A stretch of 64,000 bases of DNA from an uncultured Bacteroidales bacterium (GCA_963765005.1 CAVXUP010000009.1:77609-141608); one strand, 5' to 3'; shown: positions 8,838 to 20,693, counted from the first letter of the stretch. The notes: generated by a model from the sequence alone, not told the origin. Numbers and translations are program-made.

Positions 8838-9872
8838 CTATTTTTTTCCGCACGATGACCGTATAACAAGTTCAGGCTGGAGGCTGATCTGCCTCTTAAA
8901 TTTGCCCTTCCCTGCATTTCTGATCTCGCCCCATATCATATTTGCAGCTTTAGCCGATAAGGCCGGAAGTGGTTTCCGCAGGCATGTAACCGGAGAATAG
9001 AGGAGATCAAAACCCTCTCCTTCCTCCATAGAGATAATTGCAATATCAACAGGGATCCGCAAATTCTTTTTCCGCAGAATATTCATAAGCGGGAACACAA
9101 GCCCGGCATTCATAACAATAAGGGCATCAGCTCTGTATGGCGGCCGAAGAAACTGATCAATCCTGTTAAAATCAAGTTCACTCTCAAGCATATTCCTATC
9201 AGTTTCAAAAATCACAGGTCTGTTTATTCCTGATTTAGCGGCGAGCGCATCTGTAAGAATACCAACTGGTTCCCTGTCGGCCTTATATAACTTGCTGTCA
9301 GCGATTATTACGATATTGCTGTAGCCTAATTTGCCGATATGGTCAGCAACAATCTGAGCTCCAGCGGATAAGTCAGTGCAGATGGTATTATGCCTTCCGG
9401 TTTTACTCTGTTTTTCGAGCAAGACAAAAGGATAATCTGCATTTTTAAGAGTTCTGATGGTATTATCGTCAGCAGTTTCACCTACAAGGAGCATGCCGCT
9501 GAAAAATTTACGGAATGCTCCTGCCATACGGTCATAACGCTGATCATCCGTGTCGCGAGTCACGACAGAGAAGCCCAATCCTATATTCAGGAATATTTTC
9601 TGAAGCAGAGGAGTAATCTGGATTACGAGAGGATCATTCATTGAAGGAACAACCATTCCGATAATTCCCGGAGTCTGTTCGACAGGTGAAATTTCCTCCT
9701 TAACCTGCAAAGTTTCGAAGTAGCCCATCTGCCTAGCCAGTGCAAGAACTTTTTCCTGCGTATCCTTTCGGATACCATGCTGGTCAGCTTTATTGTTAAG
9801 TACCAGAGATACGAGTGTACCGGATACCCCCAGCCTCGCAGCTAAATCTTTGTTTCTGAATTTTTTCCCCAT
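8838..9872 (-). CDS. LacI-family transcriptional regulator
   Basis: 344 aa with an N-terminal HTH ('KDLAARLGVSGTLVSLVLNNK') and a periplasmic-binding-like sugar sensor domain. The stop is 9 nt upstream of the transglutaminase-like gene. Confidence 0.9.
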   Translation of the reverse strand: MGKKFRNKDLAARLGVSGTLVSLVLNNKADQHGIRKDTQEKVLALARQMGYFETLQVKEEISPVEQTPGIIGMVVPSMNDPLVIQITPLLQKIFLNIGLGFSVVTRDTDDQRYDRMAGAFRKFFSGMLLVGETADDNTIRTLKNADYPFVLLEKQSKTGRHNTICTDLSAGAQIVADHIGKLGYSNIVIIADSKLYKADREPVGILTDALAAKSGINRPVIFETDRNMLESELDFNRIDQFLRPPYRADALIVMNAGLVFPLMNILRKKNLRIPVDIAIISMEEGEGFDLLYSPVTCLRKPLPALSAKAANMIWGEIRNAGKGKFKRQISLQPELVIRSSCGKK

Positions 9873-10139
9873 TTCCCCTGAAAATTGATAAATTAAATTT
9901 AGGATATTTTTTCAACAGGAGAAGCCATTTAAGATTATTTAACAAAAATGGATTGTAATCAACCTCCTCCCCCCATGCGGGGTACTCCTCCTTCAAAAGG
10001 AGGAGAGACTTAGTTAATTAGAACAGCTGCCAGAATAAATGAATCTATTACCGAATCCTGAAGTTCCACATAACTTTCAGGAGCATTAAAAATCATAATG
10101 ATAGGTTACCCTATCCGGTATCTTTTTAAAAATAGTATG

Positions 10140-12104
10140 TTACTTTTTAGGAGGATTGATACCTCTCGATTTTGCAGCTTCCTCAAGTCTTTGCTGCCAT
10201 TTTGACTTCTTGACAGGCTTCTTTTTATTCTCCTCGAGAGTAGCCAGAACAGCGTCAGCATTTATGAAGCGCTTTGATATAATATTCTGGACGTATGTTA
10301 TCATATTGGCCAGGAAGTAATAATAGGTAAGACCCGACGAGAAGTTATTAAGCATAAGCATAAACATAACCGGCATCATGTACATCATCAGTTTCATCCC
10401 CGGCTGATCAGTTCCGGGTGTTGAGCCCGACATCTTCATTGTAAGAAGCGTGGATGCAGTCATCAGCAGTGTGAACAGACTTACATGGTTTCCATAAATA
10501 GGAATCATGAAAGGCAGTGTGAGTATTGAATCATAGGTTGAAAGGTCTGTTGCCCATAGGAAGTGCTCCTGCCGGAGTTCTATCGAAACAGGAAAAAACC
10601 TGAACATTGCAAAAAGAATAGGCATCTGGAGCAGCATAGGCAGGCAACCACCCATTGGATTAACACCGGCTCTTTTGTAAAGGTCCATTGTTGCCTGCTG
10701 TTTCTTAAGGGCATCCTCCTTCTTTGTAAATTTCTTTGTAAGTTCCTCAACCATAGGCTTGAGAACAGCCATCTTAGCTGTCGACTGGTATGACTTGAAA
10801 GTAAGAGGGAAGAGTACGATCTTAATAAGGATTGTAAGGATAAGAATTATTATCCCATAGTTTCCTATGTAGTTGTCGAGCCAGTTAAATACAGGGATAA
10901 TTGCAAATCTGTTGATCCAGCCGATTATATTTTTCCCCAGGAAGACAAGTTTATCGAGCTCCAGCCCTTCCTTTTTGAGTATAGTCATGCTATTGGGGCC
11001 ATAGTAGAGCTTCAGTTTTACAGGATCGGTTGATCCTGCATTAAACGGCACTCCTAATTCTGATGTATAATAACGAATATATTTCTGAGAGGCTGGTGTC
11101 TGATAAGATTTTAGGGATCCATTCAGAAAAAAATCATCTGAAATGATTACGGAGGAAAAAAACTGATCCTGAAATGCAACCCATCTCAGCTTGGTCGGAA
11201 TATCAACCTCTTCATCTTTCTTTGATCTCAGTTTCATCCATTCAACATCATCCTGAAAATACTTGTATTTTATTGTTGTATAACTCTCCTCATTCTGCCT
11301 GCCTTGTTCCTGCTGTGGAATATACATCTTCCAGTCGAGAGTAAGATTATTCTGGTTTGCTGCTATAACACCTCCCATCGATTTGAAAGAGACTTCGAAG
11401 TCAACCATATATCTGTCGGGAGCAAGAGTATAAGTATACTCAATATATCTGTCAGCTCCCGCCATCAGTCTGAGACTTAAACTCTGGACTGAGGAAGTGG
11501 CATCAAAAACTTTCTTATCAGTTTGTGGAATAAAAAAGAGGTCATTTGTCTGAACCGCCTTATTATCGGCAGTGAAAAAATTAAAGCCAAAGACTGTTGA
11601 ATCGCCTGAAAACAATATTAGCGGGCGTGAATCATGAGTACGATAGTCTTTCAATCGTGCTGAGTATACCTTGCCCCCTTTTAGGGCTATCTTAAGTTCA
11701 ACCTTATTATTTTCAAGAGTGATATAGTCTGTTTCACCTTTTGCAGCAGAGGAAAATACACCATACCGGTTAGAATCAGATTGGCTGACCGCAGGTTCTG
11801 CTATCAGCACATCATCCTTAGGGACAGAGGTAGTATCACGTACATCAGCAAGCGGTTCAGATGTAAGTCCTAATCTGGCGTTGAGTTCATTTACCTTAGT
11901 AACAGCAACTGGCTGGTTTGGTTTATATCTGAGGGCATTTATATATTCAGCTCTTGCGTTTTCGAGTTCTCCCTTTGCATAATACTCCTCCGCTGTGGCA
12001 TAAGCTTTATCGAACTGTTTGTTCAGTCGTGAATTATTGTATAAGCTGGCTCCGATGAAAATCAGGAAGATCAGAATAATTCCTGTAATTGTATTTCTAT
12101 CCAT
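10140..12104 (-). CDS. yidC: Membrane protein insertase YidC (long Bacteroidetes form)
   Basis: 654 aa with an N-terminal TM, a large periplasmic domain, and a C-terminal 60-kDa IMP core ('GCLPMLLQMPILFAMFRFFP') followed by a basic tail. Confidence 0.93.
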   Translation of the reverse strand: MDRNTITGIILIFLIFIGASLYNNSRLNKQFDKAYATAEEYYAKGELENARAEYINALRYKPNQPVAVTKVNELNARLGLTSEPLADVRDTTSVPKDDVLIAEPAVSQSDSNRYGVFSSAAKGETDYITLENNKVELKIALKGGKVYSARLKDYRTHDSRPLILFSGDSTVFGFNFFTADNKAVQTNDLFFIPQTDKKVFDATSSVQSLSLRLMAGADRYIEYTYTLAPDRYMVDFEVSFKSMGGVIAANQNNLTLDWKMYIPQQEQGRQNEESYTTIKYKYFQDDVEWMKLRSKKDEEVDIPTKLRWVAFQDQFFSSVIISDDFFLNGSLKSYQTPASQKYIRYYTSELGVPFNAGSTDPVKLKLYYGPNSMTILKKEGLELDKLVFLGKNIIGWINRFAIIPVFNWLDNYIGNYGIIILILTILIKIVLFPLTFKSYQSTAKMAVLKPMVEELTKKFTKKEDALKKQQATMDLYKRAGVNPMGGCLPMLLQMPILFAMFRFFPVSIELRQEHFLWATDLSTYDSILTLPFMIPIYGNHVSLFTLLMTASTLLTMKMSGSTPGTDQPGMKLMMYMMPVMFMLMLNNFSSGLTYYYFLANMITYVQNIISKRFINADAVLATLEENKKKPVKKSKWQQRLEEAAKSRGINPPKK

Positions 12105-12171
12105 TCTATATATTGAATTTATTTGTCTGGTAATTAATTAAATAAAAGTCAGGTCTCATTTATGCCGGCCC

Positions 12172-13803
<1,632 letters not shown>

Positions 13804-13813
13804 TTACTTAATA

Positions 13814-15715
13814 TCAATCATCAAGTCCTGACTGGTCGATCATCCTGACTTTCTCTTCCAGGGTTTTTATCATCTTTTTAGCACTTTCTATCCTATCCTT
13901 TACCTCCCGGATCATTGTATCGGCATTTGCTGATTTGGCAAAGAATCCGATATTGTTTTCCCACAGGACGATATCACCTTCGAGTTGCTTGATCTTAATA
14001 AAGAATTTCTCTCTCTCATTATGGACCTTCCTTGAAGATTTCGGATTTGATTTAAGGCTTTCAAGTTTAGTTTTGTACTTAAGGATGTTTCTGTCCTCTT
14101 CGCCTATCTTGAGCTTGTCAAATTCTTTATTAAGTGCATTGCGGTACCTGTTGGTTACCTCCTCTTTCATATTAAACGGGACAAAACCTATATCAGACCA
14201 TTTCTTCTGCAATTCTTTCAGGTATTCAAAAGCAGCATGGACATCGGCTCCCGGTTCAAACTTCTCAAGTTCTTCAATTATTGCAAGTTTTGCATTGAGA
14301 TTATCCTCAAAGGAAGTATCCTGTTTTGCAAAATGTTCCGACTTTCTGTTGAAGAACTGGTCACAGGCTTTTCTGAAGCGTTTCCATGTTTTTTCTGATT
14401 GCTTCCGGGGGACAGGTCCGATTGCTTTCCACTCTTTCTGCAAACGTATCAGGGCATCAGATGTATTTTTCCAGTCGGTACTTTCCTGCAATGCCTCAGC
14501 CTGGACACAGAGATCAGTTTTGAGCTGAAGGTTATTTACCTGGGTTTCTTTATTATCAGTATAGAAGCTTCTCTTCTTTTCGAAAAATGCATCACAGGCA
14601 TCCCTGAATCGTTGATAAACCTTATTATTCTGCTTCTTTGGTGCGAAACCGATAGTCCTCCACGTCTTCTGCAGAGCCACGACCTTATCAGCTTTCTCAT
14701 CAAAATCTCTGAAATTCTTAATTTCAAGGATGTTGATAGCTTCAACCTCTTCACAGAGAGCTAATTTGGCTTCAAGGTTCTTCCTCTGATCATCTTTCTG
14801 ATTCTCAAAATACTCGTGATGCCTTTTATTTATCTGTGAGGTTGCTTCCTTAAATCTGTCCCAGATCTCATTTTTTGATTCTGGTGGAACAGGACCTATT
14901 TCTCTCCATTGGTTATGGTAATCCTGCAACAGACGAAATGCATTAACCGGATTTGGTTCGAGCAGAAGTTCTTCTGTTTTTTCACACAGGATCACTTTTG
15001 ATTCAAGATTCTTTTTCAGGTCCAGATCACGTAATTCCTTGTTAATCTTGATATAATCGTAAAACATTTCAACTACATGGTGATAATTCTCCCACAGGTC
15101 CTTAAGTGATGACTGGGGAACAACACCAACCGCATGCCAGTCATTCTGCAGCGATCTGAAATCATGAAATGTTTTGTTTATCGATTCTTCCCTGTTGACG
15201 AGATCCTTTATCTTATCAATAATCTCATTCTTCTTCTTAAGGTTTTCAAACTTTTCAGCTTCCTGAACCTTGCTGTAATCAGTTTTTCGTTCCCTGTATT
15301 TATCAAGAAGATGTTTCACCTGCACCTCAAGAGGATCGACCCATGACCTGTAATCTTCAATTTTACCGCCGCCTTCAAGAAATTTATTCTTCCTTTCCTC
15401 TGCTTCTGCTTTCAGTTTTTTATAGAAAAAAACCTTAATCCTGTCTACATCTTCACGTATTTCGGATGTTGGTCTGTTATCGATAATAAGGCTAAGTGTA
15501 TCGGCCAGCTCCTGTTTTGTATATCCTGAATAATCAACAGGAGGAAGTTCAATATCGTCAAATTCATGATTGTTTTCCGGAACATGGCCAGCAGGTTCTT
15601 CCTTTACTTTATCCTGCGCGTGTTCCGTATGTATGGCATTCTCAGTTCCGGCGGCATTTTCATTAGCCCCGGATTGTTCATCATGAACAGAGTCGTCCGG
15701 ATTTTTGATGGTCAT
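13814..15715 (-). CDS. DUF349 repeat protein
   Basis: At least five copies of the DUF349 signature: 'DWHAVGVVP', 'QWREIGPVPPESKNEIWDRFKEA', 'TWRTIGFAPKKQNNKVYQRFRDACDAFF', 'EWKAIGPVPRKQSEKTWKRFRKACDQFF', 'KWSDIGFVP'. I chose the ATG at 15715 rather than the TTG at 15721 used by the ORF track. Confidence 0.85.
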   Translation of the reverse strand: MTIKNPDDSVHDEQSGANENAAGTENAIHTEHAQDKVKEEPAGHVPENNHEFDDIELPPVDYSGYTKQELADTLSLIIDNRPTSEIREDVDRIKVFFYKKLKAEAEERKNKFLEGGGKIEDYRSWVDPLEVQVKHLLDKYRERKTDYSKVQEAEKFENLKKKNEIIDKIKDLVNREESINKTFHDFRSLQNDWHAVGVVPQSSLKDLWENYHHVVEMFYDYIKINKELRDLDLKKNLESKVILCEKTEELLLEPNPVNAFRLLQDYHNQWREIGPVPPESKNEIWDRFKEATSQINKRHHEYFENQKDDQRKNLEAKLALCEEVEAINILEIKNFRDFDEKADKVVALQKTWRTIGFAPKKQNNKVYQRFRDACDAFFEKKRSFYTDNKETQVNNLQLKTDLCVQAEALQESTDWKNTSDALIRLQKEWKAIGPVPRKQSEKTWKRFRKACDQFFNRKSEHFAKQDTSFEDNLNAKLAIIEELEKFEPGADVHAAFEYLKELQKKWSDIGFVPFNMKEEVTNRYRNALNKEFDKLKIGEEDRNILKYKTKLESLKSNPKSSRKVHNEREKFFIKIKQLEGDIVLWENNIGFFAKSANADTMIREVKDRIESAKKMIKTLEEKVRMIDQSGLDD

Positions 15716-15941
15716 AATCAATCCTTTTAGTTTCAGCTCGTGTCAGTATTCAGCACCATGGCAAACCATGGAATTTTCGAGTACGAAAATATTGAAATAT
15801 TTAATAATACTCAAAGAATTAGGATAAATTAATGATATAATGGGTAGCGATGACCTTTAGAAAAATTTGAGGGATGATTTCCAATCATGTCAATTAAAGC
15901 ATGTTTACATATTGTTGCTCTTCGCTATAAATGAAAAAGCG

Positions 15942-15949
15942 TATATTTG
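15942..15949 (+). promoter_or_regulatory. TAnnTTTG -7 box upstream of the small ORF
   Basis: TATATTTG on the + strand, 60 nt upstream of ATG 16009. Confidence 0.35.
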
Positions 15950-16008
15950 ATTTTTGGGTAAACAGAAATAAAGCTTTTTTAAATACCAGATCTTTAATTA
16001 TTTAGAAT

Positions 16009-16182
16009 ATGGAAAAATCCGAAATCATACTGCTTGTTGCGGTTTTTACTTTTGCAGGTTTCAGAATCTATCAGAAATATGTCAAAAAGAATGAAATAAA
16101 ACCAGGGGAAAAAATCAAAAGTACCTCAACATTCCCAACATCTGTAAAAGAGGATGACTATGAACCCTATTCAAAGAAATAA
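16009..16182 (+). CDS. Small (57 aa) single-pass membrane protein, unannotated
   Basis: Below the ORF-track length cut-off. Translation is 'MEKSEIILLVAVFTFAGFRIYQKYVKKNEIKPGEKIKSTSTFPTSVKEDDYEPYSKK': a hydrophobic helix followed by a charged tail. It sits in an otherwise empty 540-bp intergenic region. Confidence 0.4.
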   Translation: MEKSEIILLVAVFTFAGFRIYQKYVKKNEIKPGEKIKSTSTFPTSVKEDDYEPYSKK

Positions 16183-16262
16183 CTCAGGTTATTATTTGGA
16201 TCATGTCAGATTTAACCAGGTTTAGCCTGAAAGTAACAACGGCCTTTTGTACAGTATAAAAT

Positions 16263-18203
16263 TTATTTCAGAGTTTCAAGAATTTTTACCTCGGTACGGC
16301 GGTTAAGTTTTCGGCCTTCATCGTTAATATTATCACCAACAGGAAATGCATTGCCATACCCTTTGTGGATCAGCCTTCCCGGGGCTATTCCTTTTGTAAG
16401 GAGATAATTAACTACCGACAGAGCCCTTTTCTCTGACAATGAGAGGTTATACTCAGGTGTCCCTGTTGAATCGGTATAACCACCCACTTCAATTTTCAAC
16501 TCCATATTATCATTAAGCATCTTGGCGAGCAGGTTGAGTTCGATTAATGATTCCTTTTTTAATTCCCAGGAGTCAACCTCATAGAAAACATTTGAAAGTT
16601 TCATTTTCTCACCTACCTTAAAGGAAGTTAGTTCAATCTTTTTAACAAATGGTTCAAGTGCTGAATGCTGGCCTTCAAGCATAAAGTTTTCCGAGTAGAA
16701 CAGATAACCCTGCTTACTTACATTTATTCCATAATTATATCCTGATGGCAGACATACCAGGAAGTTTCCTCTTTTATCTGTAATGCTGTTTATGGTAACC
16801 TTATTGGTAGTGAGATTGATCAATTCATAGTTAGCCTGTACAATCTGGCCTTTTTCCTTATCAACAACATTACCTTTCAGATAGGCAACAGGAACGGCTC
16901 TTATTGAATCATAAAGCTCGAAGCTGAAGATATCTTTTCCATATTTTTTATCCCGTACCGATGAAAAATATGCCTTTCTGCCTCCCGATTCAGTAATCAG
17001 CCCCATTTCGTCGTTTACTGTGTTAATAGGATATCCAAGGTTCTGTGGTTCGGACCAGGTAGTATCAGAATTCATCCTGGTAACAAAAATGTCAAATCCG
17101 CCCATCCCTGTTCTGCCGTCAGAGGAAAAATATAATGTACGTCCATCGAAGTGGATAAAAGGTGACATTTCATCTCCGGTCGTATTAATGCTTTTACCCA
17201 TATTTACAGGTTCTTTCCAGTTGTTTGAGTCATCCATTACAGAGTACCAGATATCCTTGCCACCCTGTCCTCCTCCCCTGTTGCTGCAAAAGAATAGCAT
17301 CCTCCCATCAGCGGTAACAGAGGGCTGTGATTCCCAGTACTGCGAATTGACAGGTCTCTTCAGACTGACCGGGGTTGACCACCTTCCATCGTTTAAGGCC
17401 GAGAAGAAGATGTCGCAGCTTCCAACACTTCCTTTTCTGTCGCATGCTGTGAAATACATGTAATTACCGCTTGATGACAAAGCCTGTGCGCCTTCATTCT
17501 GTTCAGTATTAAGCGGAGTGCCGGCATTGAACGCGTCTATCCAGCGTCCATTGTATAAATAGCTTACATAAAAATCCTCCTGTACCATCTCGTACCCTGC
17601 AAATTTGGGATCAATATTTGCCTGCCTTGTAAACATCATTGTCTGACCATCGGCAGTTATCGAAGGCCAGTATTCATCATCAACCGTATTAATTCCATTT
17701 CCGACACTAACCGGATTAAAGGGAACAGGGTTTTTGATCGCTTTAATGGCAAACTCGCAATTCTTCACATTACGTGCAGCAATCAACCTGTTTTTCTCCT
17801 GCATACCTTCCTGGGCAAGGTAAACTTTGAAATGGACAAGTGCATTTTCATAGTCGCCCGATCTCATTTCAGCGTTAGCCATTGGAAAAAAGACTGGTTT
17901 ATAACGGAGAGAATCAATCCTGACTGCTTTTCTATAATGAAATGCAGCTTCATTATTTCGCTTTTGCATAAGAAAAAGTTCCCCAAGCTGAATGTGTGCT
18001 TCAAAAAAAGTATCATCCTCCCTGATGGCTTCCTTAAAAAATGTTTCGGCTAAAGGATACTGCAGATTTTCAATTGATGCAACTCCATCTTTATAAGCTT
18101 TCAGTGCGGCACTGGAACTGGTACGAAATGTCTGTCCATCCGAAAAGTAAGCAAAAGACGAAAGCAGCAAAAAGAAAAATATTGATAATACTTTATTCAT
18201 CAA
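16263..18203 (-). CDS. OmpA-family protein (TPR + TolB-like beta-propeller + CarboxypepD_reg-like + OmpA C-terminal domain)
   Basis: 646 aa with a signal peptide. The OmpA peptidoglycan-binding motif 'GYTDSTGTPEYNLSLSEKRALSV...NRRTEVKI' is at the C-terminus. Repeated 'WxSxP...DG' propeller blades. Confidence 0.88.
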   Translation of the reverse strand: MMNKVLSIFFFLLLSSFAYFSDGQTFRTSSSAALKAYKDGVASIENLQYPLAETFFKEAIREDDTFFEAHIQLGELFLMQKRNNEAAFHYRKAVRIDSLRYKPVFFPMANAEMRSGDYENALVHFKVYLAQEGMQEKNRLIAARNVKNCEFAIKAIKNPVPFNPVSVGNGINTVDDEYWPSITADGQTMMFTRQANIDPKFAGYEMVQEDFYVSYLYNGRWIDAFNAGTPLNTEQNEGAQALSSSGNYMYFTACDRKGSVGSCDIFFSALNDGRWSTPVSLKRPVNSQYWESQPSVTADGRMLFFCSNRGGGQGGKDIWYSVMDDSNNWKEPVNMGKSINTTGDEMSPFIHFDGRTLYFSSDGRTGMGGFDIFVTRMNSDTTWSEPQNLGYPINTVNDEMGLITESGGRKAYFSSVRDKKYGKDIFSFELYDSIRAVPVAYLKGNVVDKEKGQIVQANYELINLTTNKVTINSITDKRGNFLVCLPSGYNYGINVSKQGYLFYSENFMLEGQHSALEPFVKKIELTSFKVGEKMKLSNVFYEVDSWELKKESLIELNLLAKMLNDNMELKIEVGGYTDSTGTPEYNLSLSEKRALSVVNYLLTKGIAPGRLIHKGYGNAFPVGDNINDEGRKLNRRTEVKILETLK

Positions 18204-18213
18204 TTATTTATGT

Positions 18214-18843
18214 TTAAGGTATATGCATGTATTTATGCGATTGCAGGGAAATTCTCCAGTCCGGATTCCTTTTGATATATTCAACAATTTCAGGAATAAT
18301 TGTTTCAAACCTGCTCCATTCCGGTTGCAGAAAAAGAATACACCTTTCAGTTACCATACCCCTGTATTTTTCTGCCCATTCAAAATCATCAGGCACCTGA
18401 ATTATAACTTTTAGTTCATCAGCTACTTTACATATTTCATCGACTGGAGGCATATTCATTTTTGGCGAAAGACAAATCCAGTTCCACATCCCGCTCATTG
18501 GATATGCTCCGGAAGTTTCAAGAAAGGTATTTATTTTATTTTCTTTTAACACTTTACACAGATAGTCGAGATTCCAAATCAGAGGTTCTCCGCCGGTAAC
18601 CACTACAGAATCTGTGCCAGAAGCTATGATATTTCTGATAATTTCATCGGTATGTATAAGCGGATGCAAAGCTGCATTCCATGAAAATCGTGAGTCGCAC
18701 CAGCTGCACCCAACATCGCAGCCGCCAAGCCTTACGAAATAAGCAGCCTTCCCGGTATGATACCCTTCGCCCTGCAGCGAGAAAAACTCCTCTACAAGGG
18801 GAAGCATTTTACCATCAGTTTCGGAAATTGTTTCCTTTTTCAT
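18214..18843 (-). CDS. queE: 7-carboxy-7-deazaguanine synthase (radical SAM)
   Basis: 209 aa with 'EEFFSLQGEGYHTGKAAYFVRLGGCDVGCSWCDS', the QueE-type cluster-binding motif. Confidence 0.88.
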   Translation of the reverse strand: MKKETISETDGKMLPLVEEFFSLQGEGYHTGKAAYFVRLGGCDVGCSWCDSRFSWNAALHPLIHTDEIIRNIIASGTDSVVVTGGEPLIWNLDYLCKVLKENKINTFLETSGAYPMSGMWNWICLSPKMNMPPVDEICKVADELKVIIQVPDDFEWAEKYRGMVTERCILFLQPEWSRFETIIPEIVEYIKRNPDWRISLQSHKYMHIP

Positions 18844-18913
18844 TTATACCAGTCAGATGAAAACTCATTCATTTTTTCAAACCGCACTTTGGCAGGCAAT
18901 TCTCTGAAATCTC

Positions 18914-20680
18914 TTAGTCCTTTAACCCAAAAAGCATTGTGTATTCTCTGGCTTTAGCACTTTTGACCCACTTCTCAGGTACTATTTTCCAGTTATTCAT
19001 CGGAAGAGGATCGAGAATTTTTTTCTCTTCAATTTTCTTCATTATATAATACCTCAGGTCGCGGTCAGTTGATTTGACAAGTCTTAATCTCAACTCCTCT
19101 TTTCCTATGCCTGCTCCTTCCGTAAAATGTCCTCCTCCACCATTTCCCCTGTACGAATTTACAGCTATTTTATATGTTTTTTTCTCATCAAATTGCTTAC
19201 CGTTCGCTAAGCCTGAAATGGTCACCTTACTCCCATCAGGTTTAGTCACATCTACAGTGTAATTAATCCCGGCTGCTGAGTCAAAATTATATGGCTGATT
19301 CCTCAGAAAGGCCTTGCCCTGTGTAAGTGTCACATTTCCGTCCTTGCCTGTTCTGAATTTTAGTAGAGGATCCTTTTCTCCATTCATTGTATTTAACCAA
19401 CCTCCATATGAAAACTCCAGGTATTTATCAATCTCCTCCCCTGATAAAGTCATCGTATAGAGCATATTCTCAAACCTGTATAACTTGAACATGTCTCCGA
19501 CTGTAACCGGACCTTCATTTATCTGAACATCGAAGGAAAGGGGAGCTGCAAAGGAAATATCGGCCCCGGTAATTTCAAGCTGGATAGAGTGGATCAGGTC
19601 AATAAATGCAGATGATCCGAAGTAAGAATCGCGGGAGGACATTGCCGCAGTTGAATTGCCGATTACCTGATCGACATAGGTTTTTACCGTCTCATTAAAG
19701 TGAGCAAACTTCGCCAGATAATCAGAATCGGGTTTTAACTCCCCAACGTTTATAATGCTTCCTGAAATTTTCCGCATCCGTTTTCCGTTTACCTTTTTAG
19801 AGGAAATAGCTACATCGGCCTGAGCAATAGTCTGAGCCCTGCTGCCTCCGTTAAGAATCAGAACTGTATCGCCGGCTGAATTAACAAACTGTTCATTGGC
19901 GGTTCTATGATCATGTCCATTAAAAATTATATCAAAACCAGGAACATTGTATGCTACAGCTGCTGATCCGTTTTCAAACATGCTGCCATTTTCTGTAAGC
20001 TGCTCCCTGGATCTGTCCCAACCTGAATGAAAAAGGCCAATAATCAAGTCGGGCTTCTCCTTCTGAATAATCGGCATCCATTTTCTGGCAGTCTCTGCCA
20101 TGTCCTTGAATTCCATTCCTTTATACAGCTCTTCTGGTAACCATGTTGGTATAGCCGGAGTAACAAGGCCAAGAACTGCAATTTTTATCCCATTCTTTTC
20201 AATCAAACAATATGGTTTAAAATATGGATTGCCTGTACTGCGATCAACTGCATTTGCTGCAAGGAGAGGAAAGTTATAATCTTTAACCAACCTGTCGTAG
20301 ACTGAGTGTCCGGCTTCAATATCATGGTTTCCTACTGTTGCGGCATCATACTTCATAAAATTGAAAACCTCCGAAAGGAAATGAGGAGAAACTGTATCGA
20401 TGAAATTATAGTAATAGACCGCAGGTTGTCCCTGAAGGTTATCTCCATTATCGAGAAGCAGGGTCGCATCGCTCTCTTTCCTGACCTGCCTGACATGAGT
20501 ATAAATGGAAGCCATAGAAGCGTTAATGTCTTTTTTTTCAATATAATCATAAGGCCATATTACTCCATGCAAATCGGTGGTTTCTATTATTGTTATTTTC
20601 TTAATGTCATCCTTTGAACAAGAGAAAGCCAGAAGAGCGATCAGGAACAATAATGAGAATAATATTTTTTTAAGTTTCAT
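18914..20680 (-). CDS. Bifunctional metallophosphatase/5'-nucleotidase lipoprotein
   Basis: Metallophosphatase motifs 'TTDLHG', 'DNGDNLQG', 'GNHD', 'GHDH'. Start reassigned to the ATG at 20680 (MKLKKILFSLL...AFSCSK lipobox), which removes the overlap with the upstream gene. Confidence 0.88.
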   Translation of the reverse strand: MKLKKILFSLLFLIALLAFSCSKDDIKKITIIETTDLHGVIWPYDYIEKKDINASMASIYTHVRQVRKESDATLLLDNGDNLQGQPAVYYYNFIDTVSPHFLSEVFNFMKYDAATVGNHDIEAGHSVYDRLVKDYNFPLLAANAVDRSTGNPYFKPYCLIEKNGIKIAVLGLVTPAIPTWLPEELYKGMEFKDMAETARKWMPIIQKEKPDLIIGLFHSGWDRSREQLTENGSMFENGSAAVAYNVPGFDIIFNGHDHRTANEQFVNSAGDTVLILNGGSRAQTIAQADVAISSKKVNGKRMRKISGSIINVGELKPDSDYLAKFAHFNETVKTYVDQVIGNSTAAMSSRDSYFGSSAFIDLIHSIQLEITGADISFAAPLSFDVQINEGPVTVGDMFKLYRFENMLYTMTLSGEEIDKYLEFSYGGWLNTMNGEKDPLLKFRTGKDGNVTLTQGKAFLRNQPYNFDSAAGINYTVDVTKPDGSKVTISGLANGKQFDEKKTYKIAVNSYRGNGGGGHFTEGAGIGKEELRLRLVKSTDRDLRYYIMKKIEEKKILDPLPMNNWKIVPEKWVKSAKAREYTMLFGLKD

Positions 20681-20693
20681 TTCTATCTTATGT

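Noticed and set aside
9796-9996. 66-aa ORF on the - strand in the yidC-lacI spacer
   Set aside because: It overlaps the LacI start in another frame and spans the GC hairpins. It has no coding-like features.
13935-14764. 197-aa and 121-aa ORFs on the + strand
   Set aside because: They are antisense shadows inside the DUF349 gene. Low-complexity Ser/Leu/Phe-rich translations are typical of the reverse strand of a Lys/Glu-rich gene.
17020-17463. 147-aa ORF on the + strand
   Set aside because: It is antisense within the OmpA-family gene, whose own frame carries clear domain motifs.
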